Source: a virus. From it: a DNA stretch of 64,000 nucleotides. The stretch is from the IMG/VR virus record IMGVR_UViG_3300046355_000046, positions 1 to 64,000 of that record; one strand, written 5' to 3'. Of this stretch, positions 28,757-38,317 are shown piece by piece; within the stretch, counting starts at the first letter, position 1; each line of letters opens with the position of its first letter. A program made the position numbers and the translations under genes. Below the pieces are notes generated by a model. That model did not search any database and was not told where the DNA came from. It saw only the letters and a list, made by a program, of their open reading frames with translations.

Positions 28757-29625
28757 AAACTGAATTATCATATAGAACATTTGACCAACTTCTTGATGAG
28801 GTTGCTACAGACTTTGTTACCTACAGCAATGAAGGTATGATAGAGCCTGCTCAGCTTATCAAGGTGGCACAAAGAGTTAACTATGACTTAGGTCTTAGAA
28901 TCCACGGAACTAAAGAAAAAGTACTAGACATAGAAAAAAAGAAGACTAAGCTTCCTAGTGATTTTTATGTACTAAACTATGCACATCTTTGTGGACGCTA
29001 CACTGTAACTCAATCTGTAATGTCAGGTCGTGAAACAGAAAACGTTATTTTAAAGAATGATCTTTGTAGAAAGTGTGGACAACCTGATCCTCAATGTAGT
29101 TGTGAAAAGACATATACTGTAGAGTGCAAAACTGGAGAGAACATTCATGTACAAGTTGTAGAAAAGCGTAAGTATGAAACACGTACTTATGATACCTTTG
29201 AACGTATGCATATTGCTACTTCTACAGGAAAGATAGATGCTCTTAATGATAATGCAAGTGGCCGCACTGGATATATAAAAAATGGATTTATATACACAAA
29301 TGTAGATGAAGGTCAATTGTTTATTTCTTACCAAGGTGCTCTTGAAGATGACGGTGGAAACTTATTAGTGCTAGATCATCCTGTGATTAATGAGTACTAT
29401 GAGTATGCAATGAAACAACGCATTCTTGAAAACTTATATATTAATGGTGAGGAAGTTACACAAAAGATGCAGCTTATTGAACAACGTTTAAAAGCAGCTC
29501 GTAATAATGCATTAAGTATTGTTAACACTCCAGACTTTGCAGAGATGTATAAGGTATGGCAAATGAACCGTAAAGCTCAGTATAACCGATATTATGATAT
29601 GTTTAAAAGCACTAATGGCTTTTAA
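28753..29625 (+). CDS. Tail tubular (ring) protein, Ttub-like
   Basis: YIKNGFIYTN...ISYQGALEDDGGNLLVLDHP..EYYEYA pattern; ATGA overlap; just upstream of the tail stabiliser. Confidence 0.7.
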   Translation: MKTELSYRTFDQLLDEVATDFVTYSNEGMIEPAQLIKVAQRVNYDLGLRIHGTKEKVLDIEKKKTKLPSDFYVLNYAHLCGRYTVTQSVMSGRETENVILKNDLCRKCGQPDPQCSCEKTYTVECKTGENIHVQVVEKRKYETRTYDTFERMHIATSTGKIDALNDNASGRTGYIKNGFIYTNVDEGQLFISYQGALEDDGGNLLVLDHPVINEYYEYAMKQRILENLYINGEEVTQKMQLIEQRLKAARNNALSIVNTPDFAEMYKVWQMNRKAQYNRYYDMFKSTNGF

Positions 29626-29628
29626 TAT

Positions 29629-29988
29629 ATGAAATTAAGTACTACCATAAAAATACCAACGTATAGTTGTAAGCTCATAGTGGTAGTGGTGGAAAGTGTA
29701 TCTGTAGCAGCAGAGAAACTTTACAAGAAGTACAAGATTAAAGATGATTTTGGAGGAGAGGCTGAAGGAGCTTTAGTAATACCAGATATAGATAATTACT
29801 ATCTTTTACTAGGTGATCAGTTCTTAACTCATAATACAATTGCCCATGAACTTTATCATGCTGTAGTTAGAATAACAGAAGATAGAGATATAACAGATGA
29901 AGAGGCACAAGCTTGGCTGGTTGGTCATCTTACTGGAGAAATATATAAATTTTTGGACAAGAAGAAGTTAGTAATTAAACATGGCTGA
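29629..29988 (+). CDS. Small zincin-like metalloprotease (HExxH)
   Basis: TIAHELYHAV...DEEAQAWL: HExxH plus a downstream Glu ligand. Confidence 0.65.
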   Translation: MKLSTTIKIPTYSCKLIVVVVESVSVAAEKLYKKYKIKDDFGGEAEGALVIPDIDNYYLLLGDQFLTHNTIAHELYHAVVRITEDRDITDEEAQAWLVGHLTGEIYKFLDKKKLVIKHG

Positions 29989-32900
29989 AAATACACAGAA
30001 CCCTACATCTACCACTAACCTTTTTAATAAGGGTATGGTTAAGGATTACAATGAAACCTTCGTTGGTGAGGGATTGTGGACACATGCCCGTAATGCTGTA
30101 AACAACTCACATGATGGTCAGATAGGTGTTATAGGTAATGAACCATCTAACTTACATTGTGTAACTCTTCCTTATACAATGATTGGTTGCATACATCTAA
30201 CAGATGATATGTGGGCCATCTTTACCACTGATGACGTAAACTCTGAGATTGGTATCTTTGATGAGAGCCAATGCTCTTATACAAAAAAGGTTAATTCTCC
30301 TTGTTTAAACTTTAAGCGTTCTAATCTTATTACAGGAACTAGTCGTAGACGTTATGACTGTGAGCGTCCTGTGTATTGGTCTGATGGATTAAATCCAGAC
30401 AGATTCATGGACTTAGAAAATCCTCCTTTTAAATATACAGAATCTATTAGTAACGGATGTGTAACTAAACTCTATACTACAGAACTTAACTGTGAAGAGA
30501 TTCGTTTAACATCTCTTATTACACATCCTTGTATTATTCTAGAGAAAGGTAAAGCTAGTGGTACTCTTCCTAATGGATCATACCAAATAGCTATTGCTTA
30601 TACTATTAATAAAGTTAAGGTATCTGACTACCTTGGTTTATCAGAAGTACAATCATTGTTTAGCCATCAAAATCTTAGTTCTTCTTTAGAAGTAAAGATT
30701 ACTACAATAGATAAAGATTTTGAAGAGTTTGAGTTAGTTATACTAGCTCAGATTAATGGTCAGACTATTGCACGTAGAGTTGGCTACTACTCTACTAATC
30801 AAGGAACTATTTATTTAGATGCTCTAAGTAACGACTTTGAGACTATACCTATTTCTCAGATTGTTGTTAGAACAGAACCTATTGAAAAATCTGATGCTAT
30901 TTACACGGTAAATAATTACATGTTACGTGTAGGTACATACAGTAAGACTAAGTTTAACTATCAACCGCAAGCTAATAGCATTCAAGCTAGATGGGTTGCC
31001 GTTGAGTATCCTGCTAACTATTATGTAAAAGGTGGTAATAACACTGGTTACATGAGAGATGAACAATATGCATTCTTTATTAGATGGGTATATAACACAG
31101 GAGAACGTTCTGAGTCATATCATATTCCTGGTAGAGTGGCTATGTCTACTGATACAGCTTTAGCTAATGGTACAGATGCATATGAAAATCAAGAAGGCAT
31201 TCAGTTAGAGAAGTGGCAAGCAAGTAATACAGCTACTGTAGAGACAACTACTCCTTCTGTATTAGCAGATGGTGGACGTGTTGTAGCTAAAGGTAAAATG
31301 GGTTATTGGGAATCTACAGAATTATATCCTTCTAATAGAGTGGATATATGGGGCAACCTTTGTGGTCAACCAATTAGACATCATAAGTTTCCTGATGTTA
31401 CAATTACTGGTGGTGATGTAGTTAATCACTTTACTAATGATGGTAATAACATTGTTATCCTAGGTGTAGAGTTTCATAATATTACTAAACCAGTTGATGT
31501 TAACGGAAATGTTATTACGTCAATTGTTGGGTACGAGGTATTACGTGGATCAAGAGAAGGACATAAGACTGTTATAAGTAAAGGATTGATTAATAACATG
31601 AGAGAATACTCTGTTCCTAATCAGACTAACATTACTGGTTTATATCAGAACTATCCATTTAACGATTTAAGAGAAGATAGTTATTTAACTTCTCAAGAGC
31701 AATTAGGTGATAATGGTGGTCCTGATGCTAGTTCAAGTAAGTTAAATGGATACAAGAAAGATGTTCTATCATTCCATGGACCTGATGTAACTTTTAGCAC
31801 ACCTTATTTAAGTAGTAGTGAAGTAAAATTATATCAAGAGATTTATGGTGAATCTAATGGTAGATTTGAAACTCCATATAAACATCCTAAGTTTAAACTT
31901 CCAACAAACTTTACAGATTTATTAACTAATGTTTTAGCAGCAGTTGCTACTATAGCAAAACTTGTTGGTGCATTAGCTGGTGCAGATACTAAAGTAGAAT
32001 TTCAAGGAACAGATGATATTCCATTAACACAAAGTTTACTTGCTCCTCATAGAGCAGAAGCTATCTCAGGAGCAATCTTTGGTTTAGCTAATGGATGGAT
32101 TGGTACAACTGGTATTGTTGGAGGTAATGAAGCAGCATCTGTTAAACGTACATTTGCTAATAGTGCAATTACTGTAGCTAATGCTGTTGTGTTAGGTGCT
32201 ATGGCTACTATACAAATAGATGTTACTTCTGAACAATTCATGAAGTTAATCTTAGCTATTATTCCTTATAAACAATATGCTGCACAATATGTAGCTCATG
32301 GTTACTATAATAAGTCTAGAACAACATTAGAAGGAAATAGAAGAAGAAAGATTGTTGAGTCTAGTTATGTAAACTCTGACATTCAGTCGTTTACTGCTAA
32401 CTCACAAAACTACATGGTTAATAACTTTAACCGTGGAAAGTTTGTAATAATTAAGACAAACGCTGATGTAAATAATCCAACTACTGTAGATAACAGTAGA
32501 TTCTTGATTAGTGAAAAAGATGGTTCATTATATTCTACTTACCAAAGTACTGTATCTGGACATTATGGGGCGTTAAAGATATCTCTTCCGTCACAGTATG
32601 GTCAGTTAGATAGTTTAAAACAAATACCTATTTCTTTCTGTATAGAAGATGTAACTACATCTAATACTACTAAGATAACATCTAATGTTTATTTTGGTGG
32701 TGATGTGTACATTAACAGATTTACAGAAAAGAATAGCATGTTGTTTTTTAACACATGGTTATATGGTGAGCCTAATGGTGCAGAGTTAGATTATACTATG
32801 TACTTTAGCATGCCTTATCCTAGATTCTGGATTAATAACACTAATCTATCTGGAGGATTATTTAAACTAGCAAGTCAGTTTAGAGTGTTAGATCATAGAA

Positions 32901-34600
32901 AGTCTAGTACATTCCATATCAGTAGAGGATACTTTTATTTATTTAACTCTGGTGTACGTGACTTCTTTGTAGAATCTGAAGTAAATGTAGCCTATAGAGA
33001 TTGGGAAGATCGTCCAGAAAAACGTCACTATGATAATAACGGACTAACTGATTTAAGTACTTTATTTAGATCAGATGTAATTAAAGAACCTAACTACTAT
33101 AAATATGATTACTCATTAAGTGTATCTAAGTTATTTAACTCACAGATCACTTGGGGTAATGTGCTTGATAGAGACTTTGATCCTAAGAAAGCACAGACTT
33201 GTTACAGCTATTATCCTAATAGAGTTATTTATTCTCTTCCACAACAAGATGAAAGTAAGAAAGATAACTGGAGAGTTTATCTAGCTAACAACTATAAAAC
33301 ATTTGGTAGCCGTGTTACATCAATTAAGTCTGTTAATAAAACAGGTGCTTTATTTATGATGGCTTATCAGAGTCCTATGCAGTTTATGGGTGTAGAGGAA
33401 CTTAAGTTAGATGGCACTGGTGCTAAGATTACTATTGGAGATGGTGCATTGTTTAGCGGTCCACAACAACTTCAAGCATTAGTAAATGCTGATGAATCAT
33501 TTGAGTATGCATCATGTCAAAGTAAGTATGCTACATTAGGATGTACGCATGGTGTATTCTGGGTAAGTCAGAACCAAGGAAAGATATTCCAGTATGCTGG
33601 ACAGCTTAAAGAAATATCTAGAGAAGGAATGAAATGGTGGTTTGCTAAATACCTACCTTCTGAATTACTTACTAAGTATCCTAATTATCCATTGTACGAT
33701 AACCCTGTAAAAGGTGTAGGGGTACAGATGACGTATGACAATACTAATGAGATAATCTATATCACTAAGAAAGACTATAAGCCTTTATTTAATGATATGG
33801 GTCACGATGCTGATGGTAAGTTTTATAGAACTATTAATGGTCTTAAGACATACTATGACTTTAATAATCCATTAGCATTTGAGAATGCATCATGGACTAT
33901 TAGTTATGATCCAAAGAATCAAACATGGTTATCATTTCATGACTGGAATCCAACGTTTGTGATTCCAGGAAAGGCTCATTTCATGAGTGTGGATACCAAC
34001 TCTATATGGAAGCATAATGTACGTTGTGATTCTTATGCAAATTTCTATGGTAAAGACTATCCATTTGAAGTGGAGTTTATCTCAGCTACAGGCCAGCAGG
34101 TTAACTCAGTAAGAAACATTGAATACTTACTAGAAGTATATAAGACGCATAATAACTGTGCAGATAAATTCCATGTACTAGATCAAAACTTTGATCAAGC
34201 TATTATTTCTAACTCTGAGCAAGTGTCTGGTTTACTTGAGTTAAACGTAAAGCCTAAAAACAATCCTGTTGCAGCTTTATCTTATCCTCAGATTCAACCT
34301 AACTCTATAAAGATATTATTCTCTAAAGAAGAAAATAAATATAGATTCAATCAGTTCTGGGATATAACAAAGGATCGTGGTGAGTTTAATACTCTTACTA
34401 ACCAGTCTATGTTTATCACAAAAGCTAATGGTTACCAGTATGAGATTAATCCTCAGTATGTTGATTACGGTAAAGCAGCTTTAGAGCGTAAGAAGTTTAG
34501 ACATCACGTAAATAAAGTATGGTTAAGAAAATCAAAGAGTGGTGATCTAAAAATGTTGTTTAAGATATCTAATCAAAAGTTAACAGTATCACATAGATAA
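29981..34600 (+). CDS. Tail stabilisation / muzzle protein (Tstab-like, 1539 aa)
   Basis: N-terminal FNKGMVKD...ARNAV..IGNEPSN; beta-propeller-like; C-terminal WTISYDP..WLSFHDW; position after Ttub. Confidence 0.8.
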   Translation: MAENTQNPTSTTNLFNKGMVKDYNETFVGEGLWTHARNAVNNSHDGQIGVIGNEPSNLHCVTLPYTMIGCIHLTDDMWAIFTTDDVNSEIGIFDESQCSYTKKVNSPCLNFKRSNLITGTSRRRYDCERPVYWSDGLNPDRFMDLENPPFKYTESISNGCVTKLYTTELNCEEIRLTSLITHPCIILEKGKASGTLPNGSYQIAIAYTINKVKVSDYLGLSEVQSLFSHQNLSSSLEVKITTIDKDFEEFELVILAQINGQTIARRVGYYSTNQGTIYLDALSNDFETIPISQIVVRTEPIEKSDAIYTVNNYMLRVGTYSKTKFNYQPQANSIQARWVAVEYPANYYVKGGNNTGYMRDEQYAFFIRWVYNTGERSESYHIPGRVAMSTDTALANGTDAYENQEGIQLEKWQASNTATVETTTPSVLADGGRVVAKGKMGYWESTELYPSNRVDIWGNLCGQPIRHHKFPDVTITGGDVVNHFTNDGNNIVILGVEFHNITKPVDVNGNVITSIVGYEVLRGSREGHKTVISKGLINNMREYSVPNQTNITGLYQNYPFNDLREDSYLTSQEQLGDNGGPDASSSKLNGYKKDVLSFHGPDVTFSTPYLSSSEVKLYQEIYGESNGRFETPYKHPKFKLPTNFTDLLTNVLAAVATIAKLVGALAGADTKVEFQGTDDIPLTQSLLAPHRAEAISGAIFGLANGWIGTTGIVGGNEAASVKRTFANSAITVANAVVLGAMATIQIDVTSEQFMKLILAIIPYKQYAAQYVAHGYYNKSRTTLEGNRRRKIVESSYVNSDIQSFTANSQNYMVNNFNRGKFVIIKTNADVNNPTTVDNSRFLISEKDGSLYSTYQSTVSGHYGALKISLPSQYGQLDSLKQIPISFCIEDVTTSNTTKITSNVYFGGDVYINRFTEKNSMLFFNTWLYGEPNGAELDYTMYFSMPYPRFWINNTNLSGGLFKLASQFRVLDHRKSSTFHISRGYFYLFNSGVRDFFVESEVNVAYRDWEDRPEKRHYDNNGLTDLSTLFRSDVIKEPNYYKYDYSLSVSKLFNSQITWGNVLDRDFDPKKAQTCYSYYPNRVIYSLPQQDESKKDNWRVYLANNYKTFGSRVTSIKSVNKTGALFMMAYQSPMQFMGVEELKLDGTGAKITIGDGALFSGPQQLQALVNADESFEYASCQSKYATLGCTHGVFWVSQNQGKIFQYAGQLKEISREGMKWWFAKYLPSELLTKYPNYPLYDNPVKGVGVQMTYDNTNEIIYITKKDYKPLFNDMGHDADGKFYRTINGLKTYYDFNNPLAFENASWTISYDPKNQTWLSFHDWNPTFVIPGKAHFMSVDTNSIWKHNVRCDSYANFYGKDYPFEVEFISATGQQVNSVRNIEYLLEVYKTHNNCADKFHVLDQNFDQAIISNSEQVSGLLELNVKPKNNPVAALSYPQIQPNSIKILFSKEENKYRFNQFWDITKDRGEFNTLTNQSMFITKANGYQYEINPQYVDYGKAALERKKFRHHVNKVWLRKSKSGDLKMLFKISNQKLTVSHR

Positions 34601-37089
34601 TGAACAAGCTATTACAATATATGATTGGTGCAGGTAATGTATCAGATAAGTTTCTTCCACAGCTTACTAAAGCTCAGAAAGGATTTACTGCATTACCTAC
34701 TTTCCAAAAAGCTGGACAGGTTCAAACAAAAAAACCTATTGTAGATCCTAGAGTGTTTCCTCAAGAGACACTTGCTAATAGACAAAAGGTTTATAAAACT
34801 GTAAGACCAACAGATTATACTGATCTAAAAAATTATATCAGATACGTATTTAATAATGAGAGAGATGAGTATGATGATGCTCGTAGTGAGGAAGCTTTTA
34901 AGATGTATTTAGGTTTACAACCTAAACCAGAATACTTTAGACCTTCTAAGTATAAACCTACAATAAACGCTGATCCTAATGGTTTTTATTATAGTGCAGA
35001 TCAACAGTTAGAGCAAGATATATTTGATAGCTTTAAAGATAAAGTAAAGCCAGGTCAAATCATGCCTACTGATGAATATTTTGTAAATAGTTATTTTCCT
35101 GGTAACCCAAATGCATTTTGGGAAGGAGATAAACAGATGGTTAAGTTTGGACCTAATGATGAAAATCCATTTGTGGGTAGACCAATGGTTAGTCGTGCAA
35201 GAGCTTTAGGTAAGTTTGTGGTTAGTAGAGGTTCTGATAATCAAGGTGATTATTTATCTTATGCTGATCAGTATGATTTTCCTAAAAAGCTTCAAGATAA
35301 AATGCAAGGACAACCATATAAAATCTATGGTAGAGTTTACTATCCAAAAGATAAAAAAGCTTATGGTGGCTTTTTTAAACAAGGAGGTGGACAAACTGTA
35401 ACTAATCCTTTCTGGGAAGGCTCGTATGATTTTAAACCAATTAACCAAGGTACAGTTGATGAGATAAAATCTGAAATGGCTGGGTATATTCAGTCACCTT
35501 TGTATGCACAAAGACAGGCTATGCATCCAGAAAGATATATAGGTAATAATCTTAGTTACTATGAAGACCCTAAATCATTCCAAAATTCTACAGCTTCTGC
35601 TAAAAGATCATATAGATTAATGGATCTTTATGATCAACCTACTCAGATTAAAAACATTGGAAAGTTTAAGGATTACTATGATCCTAAGAAAAGAAAGACT
35701 GTGTTAAACAGTTCTAATTTAGAAAGTGTTGTAGCTCATGAGCTTGGTCACTCTTTATTCAAAGGTGAAACTTTAAGTACAGTTTTAGATTCAGACTATG
35801 ATAATAGTAAATATTGGGATGACTTAGCAGCTGGTAATAAAACTAAATTTGGTACTTCTTTAAATAAAGCAGAAGTTGATAAGTTTAAAAGTTTTGCTTA
35901 TCCTATAGCTAATGAAGACGAGCACTATGATAATAGAGGGTATGGAGATTTTGCTAATGAGTCTTATGCTGACTTAACAGGTATTAGACATTTGTTATAT
36001 AAGAATGGAATTACTAAGAAGTTTGGTGATAATATTAACAGAACTATTTATGAAAAAGCTTTAAAGAATAAGCAGATTCAGAATGACCCTGTATTTAAAA
36101 GAATGCAGCAGAAGTATAGCCCTGGTAAAATCATTCTTCTAAATAACACTATTGCACAAAATACTGATACTAAATCAGATCCAAACATGGCTGAATATGG
36201 TGGACCTATCTTAGATTCTCGTGGTCAATGGGCTCATCCTGGTAAAGTAACTCGTATACCTGGATCTAATATCACTATGCAAGGTGTTAACTATCCTGTA
36301 TATGGTGTAGGCTCTAATGGTCAACAACAGATGATGCAGCCAGGGCAAGAATATAACTTTGGTGGTGCATCTTATGTAGATGAGTATCCTATAATGCAGA
36401 ATGGTGGTTTACTAAGCAGATCTGTTACTTGTTCTAATTGCGGATGGTCATGGAAAGCTATAGATGGAGGTCATGATCCTATGACATGTCATAAGTGTGG
36501 AGGTGCTGTTAAGATGCAGGGTGGGGGAACGGCTTATGTTGATTCTGTACTAAATGCTAACAAGAATCTTAATTGGGTGCAAAGACTATATCCAAAGAAT
36601 ACACCTTCTATGCAGATACCTGGAGTAAAAGGGCCTAGTACACATTATATGCAAAGCGGTGATGGTCGTGTATATCCAACAGTAGTACAAACGCCTAATG
36701 GTTCTTTAAAGTATTTAGGTAAAGATGCATTTGATTATGCAGACTCTACTAAGACTTATATACAGTTTCCTTCTGATGCTGCAGCAACTTGGTTTGGTGA
36801 AAATTATAAAAAAGGAACTGGCGTGTTACCAAAGAATGCATCAGGCGGTCAACATGGTGGATTAGATAGATGGTTTGCAGAAAAGTGGGTAGATGTTAAA
36901 AGTGGTAAAGCATGTGGTAGACAAGAAGGAGAAAGTCGTAAAGGTTATCCAGCATGTCGTCCTTCTAAAAGAGTAAACTCTCAGACACCTAAGACATCAT
37001 CTGAAATGAGTCCAGCAGAAAAAGCTAAATTTAAAGCTAGTAAAACTAGCAGTGAACGTATATCATATAATCATAAAAGAAATAAATAG
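34600..37089 (+). CDS. Modular cargo polyprotein 1 (zincin HELGH domain, CxxC Zn-ribbon, DUF5872-like C-terminus; xxGG linkers)
   Basis: HELGH at 35737-35751; CSNC...CHKC at ~36430-36498; modules bounded by FQKAG, AYGG/FKQGGG, MAEYGG, MQNGG, MQGGG, ASGG/QHGG. Confidence 0.6.
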   Translation: MNKLLQYMIGAGNVSDKFLPQLTKAQKGFTALPTFQKAGQVQTKKPIVDPRVFPQETLANRQKVYKTVRPTDYTDLKNYIRYVFNNERDEYDDARSEEAFKMYLGLQPKPEYFRPSKYKPTINADPNGFYYSADQQLEQDIFDSFKDKVKPGQIMPTDEYFVNSYFPGNPNAFWEGDKQMVKFGPNDENPFVGRPMVSRARALGKFVVSRGSDNQGDYLSYADQYDFPKKLQDKMQGQPYKIYGRVYYPKDKKAYGGFFKQGGGQTVTNPFWEGSYDFKPINQGTVDEIKSEMAGYIQSPLYAQRQAMHPERYIGNNLSYYEDPKSFQNSTASAKRSYRLMDLYDQPTQIKNIGKFKDYYDPKKRKTVLNSSNLESVVAHELGHSLFKGETLSTVLDSDYDNSKYWDDLAAGNKTKFGTSLNKAEVDKFKSFAYPIANEDEHYDNRGYGDFANESYADLTGIRHLLYKNGITKKFGDNINRTIYEKALKNKQIQNDPVFKRMQQKYSPGKIILLNNTIAQNTDTKSDPNMAEYGGPILDSRGQWAHPGKVTRIPGSNITMQGVNYPVYGVGSNGQQQMMQPGQEYNFGGASYVDEYPIMQNGGLLSRSVTCSNCGWSWKAIDGGHDPMTCHKCGGAVKMQGGGTAYVDSVLNANKNLNWVQRLYPKNTPSMQIPGVKGPSTHYMQSGDGRVYPTVVQTPNGSLKYLGKDAFDYADSTKTYIQFPSDAAATWFGENYKKGTGVLPKNASGGQHGGLDRWFAEKWVDVKSGKACGRQEGESRKGYPACRPSKRVNSQTPKTSSEMSPAEKAKFKASKTSSERISYNHKRNK

Positions 37090-37097
37090 TATTTAAA

Positions 37098-38315
37098 ATG
37101 GCAAACAAACCTAATAATCCTGCCTTATGGTCTAGAGCTAAGTCTATGGCCAAATCTAAATTTGATGTATATCCTAGTGCCTATGCTAATGGATGGGCTG
37201 CTAAGTATTATAAAAGTAAAGGTGGTACTTGGCGTAAAGCTGAATACGGTATGGAAGTAATGGGTGATGGTGGTACACCAGATAACCCTGGCTTTAATGC
37301 TTTACCTCCAGCAGTACAACAAAAAATCATAGATAATATGGCTCAAGGTGGAGAGAAGATGCCACCAGAGATTGCTCGTGCACGTTTTGCCGCAGCTGGT
37401 AATCTTGATCAAATGAGTAACTATGGTTATGCTTATGGAGGATATATTCCAGAAATGATGTATGGTGGATATGATTATATGGAAGAAGGTGGAGAACCTA
37501 ACGGTGGAATGGCATTAGGTCAGATGTCAGCAGTTGCTGATAAAATGAGTAGACTACGCCAATTTGTTTCTCCAGATCAAAACTTAGATCCATGGATTGC
37601 TTCTAAGCTTGCTGTAATTGATGATAGCGTAAATAGTATTTCTGATTATATGATGTATAATCCTGAAGCTCAAGGAGGAGGTGGAGAAAAAATGGGAGAG
37701 CAGTATGAGCAAGAGGATATGGAAGAAATGATGGCTAATGGTGGATACGTTGTTACAAGAAGTAATGATCGTAAAGGTAAAACACATAAAGTAACTGGTC
37801 CTGATGGAACTGTTAAATACTTTGGTGATTCTAAGTTAGGTCAGCATCCTAAAGATCCAGAACGTAAAGCAGCTTTCTATGCTCGTCATAAAAAGAACTT
37901 AGAGAATAACCCTTTCTTTAGAGCGTTTGCTAGAAAGACGTGGAAAGAAGGCGGTTCTACATTTAGTGGTAATGCATTCTATCAAGGTGGTGGATTTATT
38001 CCAGAATATGATATGTCATTTCCAGCAGACTATGCTGTAGAGATGATGGAACAAGGCGGTATCCATTTAGATCCATCTAAGAGAGGTACGTTTAAAGCTC
38101 AGGCTACTCGTATGGGTATGGGAGTACAAGAAGCTGCTTCAGCAATACTTGGTGCACCAGAAGGAAAGTATAGTCCAGCTATGAGGAAAAAAGCTAACTT
38201 TGCTCGTAACTTTGCTAAACAAGCAGGTGGTCCTGTAGAAGGTGAAGTAATGGATGTATCTCCAGAAGAATTAGATATGCTTCGTCAACAAGGTTATCAA
38301 TTTGAAATAATGTAA
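37098..38315 (+). CDS. Modular cargo polyprotein 2 (short basic and acidic modules; about 12 xxGG linkers)
   Basis: Linkers KAEYG, MGDGG, MAQGG, YAYGG, MMYGG, MEEGG, AQGGGG, MANGG, WKEGG, FYQGGG, MEQGG, KQAGG. Confidence 0.6.
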   Translation: MANKPNNPALWSRAKSMAKSKFDVYPSAYANGWAAKYYKSKGGTWRKAEYGMEVMGDGGTPDNPGFNALPPAVQQKIIDNMAQGGEKMPPEIARARFAAAGNLDQMSNYGYAYGGYIPEMMYGGYDYMEEGGEPNGGMALGQMSAVADKMSRLRQFVSPDQNLDPWIASKLAVIDDSVNSISDYMMYNPEAQGGGGEKMGEQYEQEDMEEMMANGGYVVTRSNDRKGKTHKVTGPDGTVKYFGDSKLGQHPKDPERKAAFYARHKKNLENNPFFRAFARKTWKEGGSTFSGNAFYQGGGFIPEYDMSFPADYAVEMMEQGGIHLDPSKRGTFKAQATRMGMGVQEAASAILGAPEGKYSPAMRKKANFARNFAKQAGGPVEGEVMDVSPEELDMLRQQGYQFEIM

Positions 38316-38317
38316 TT

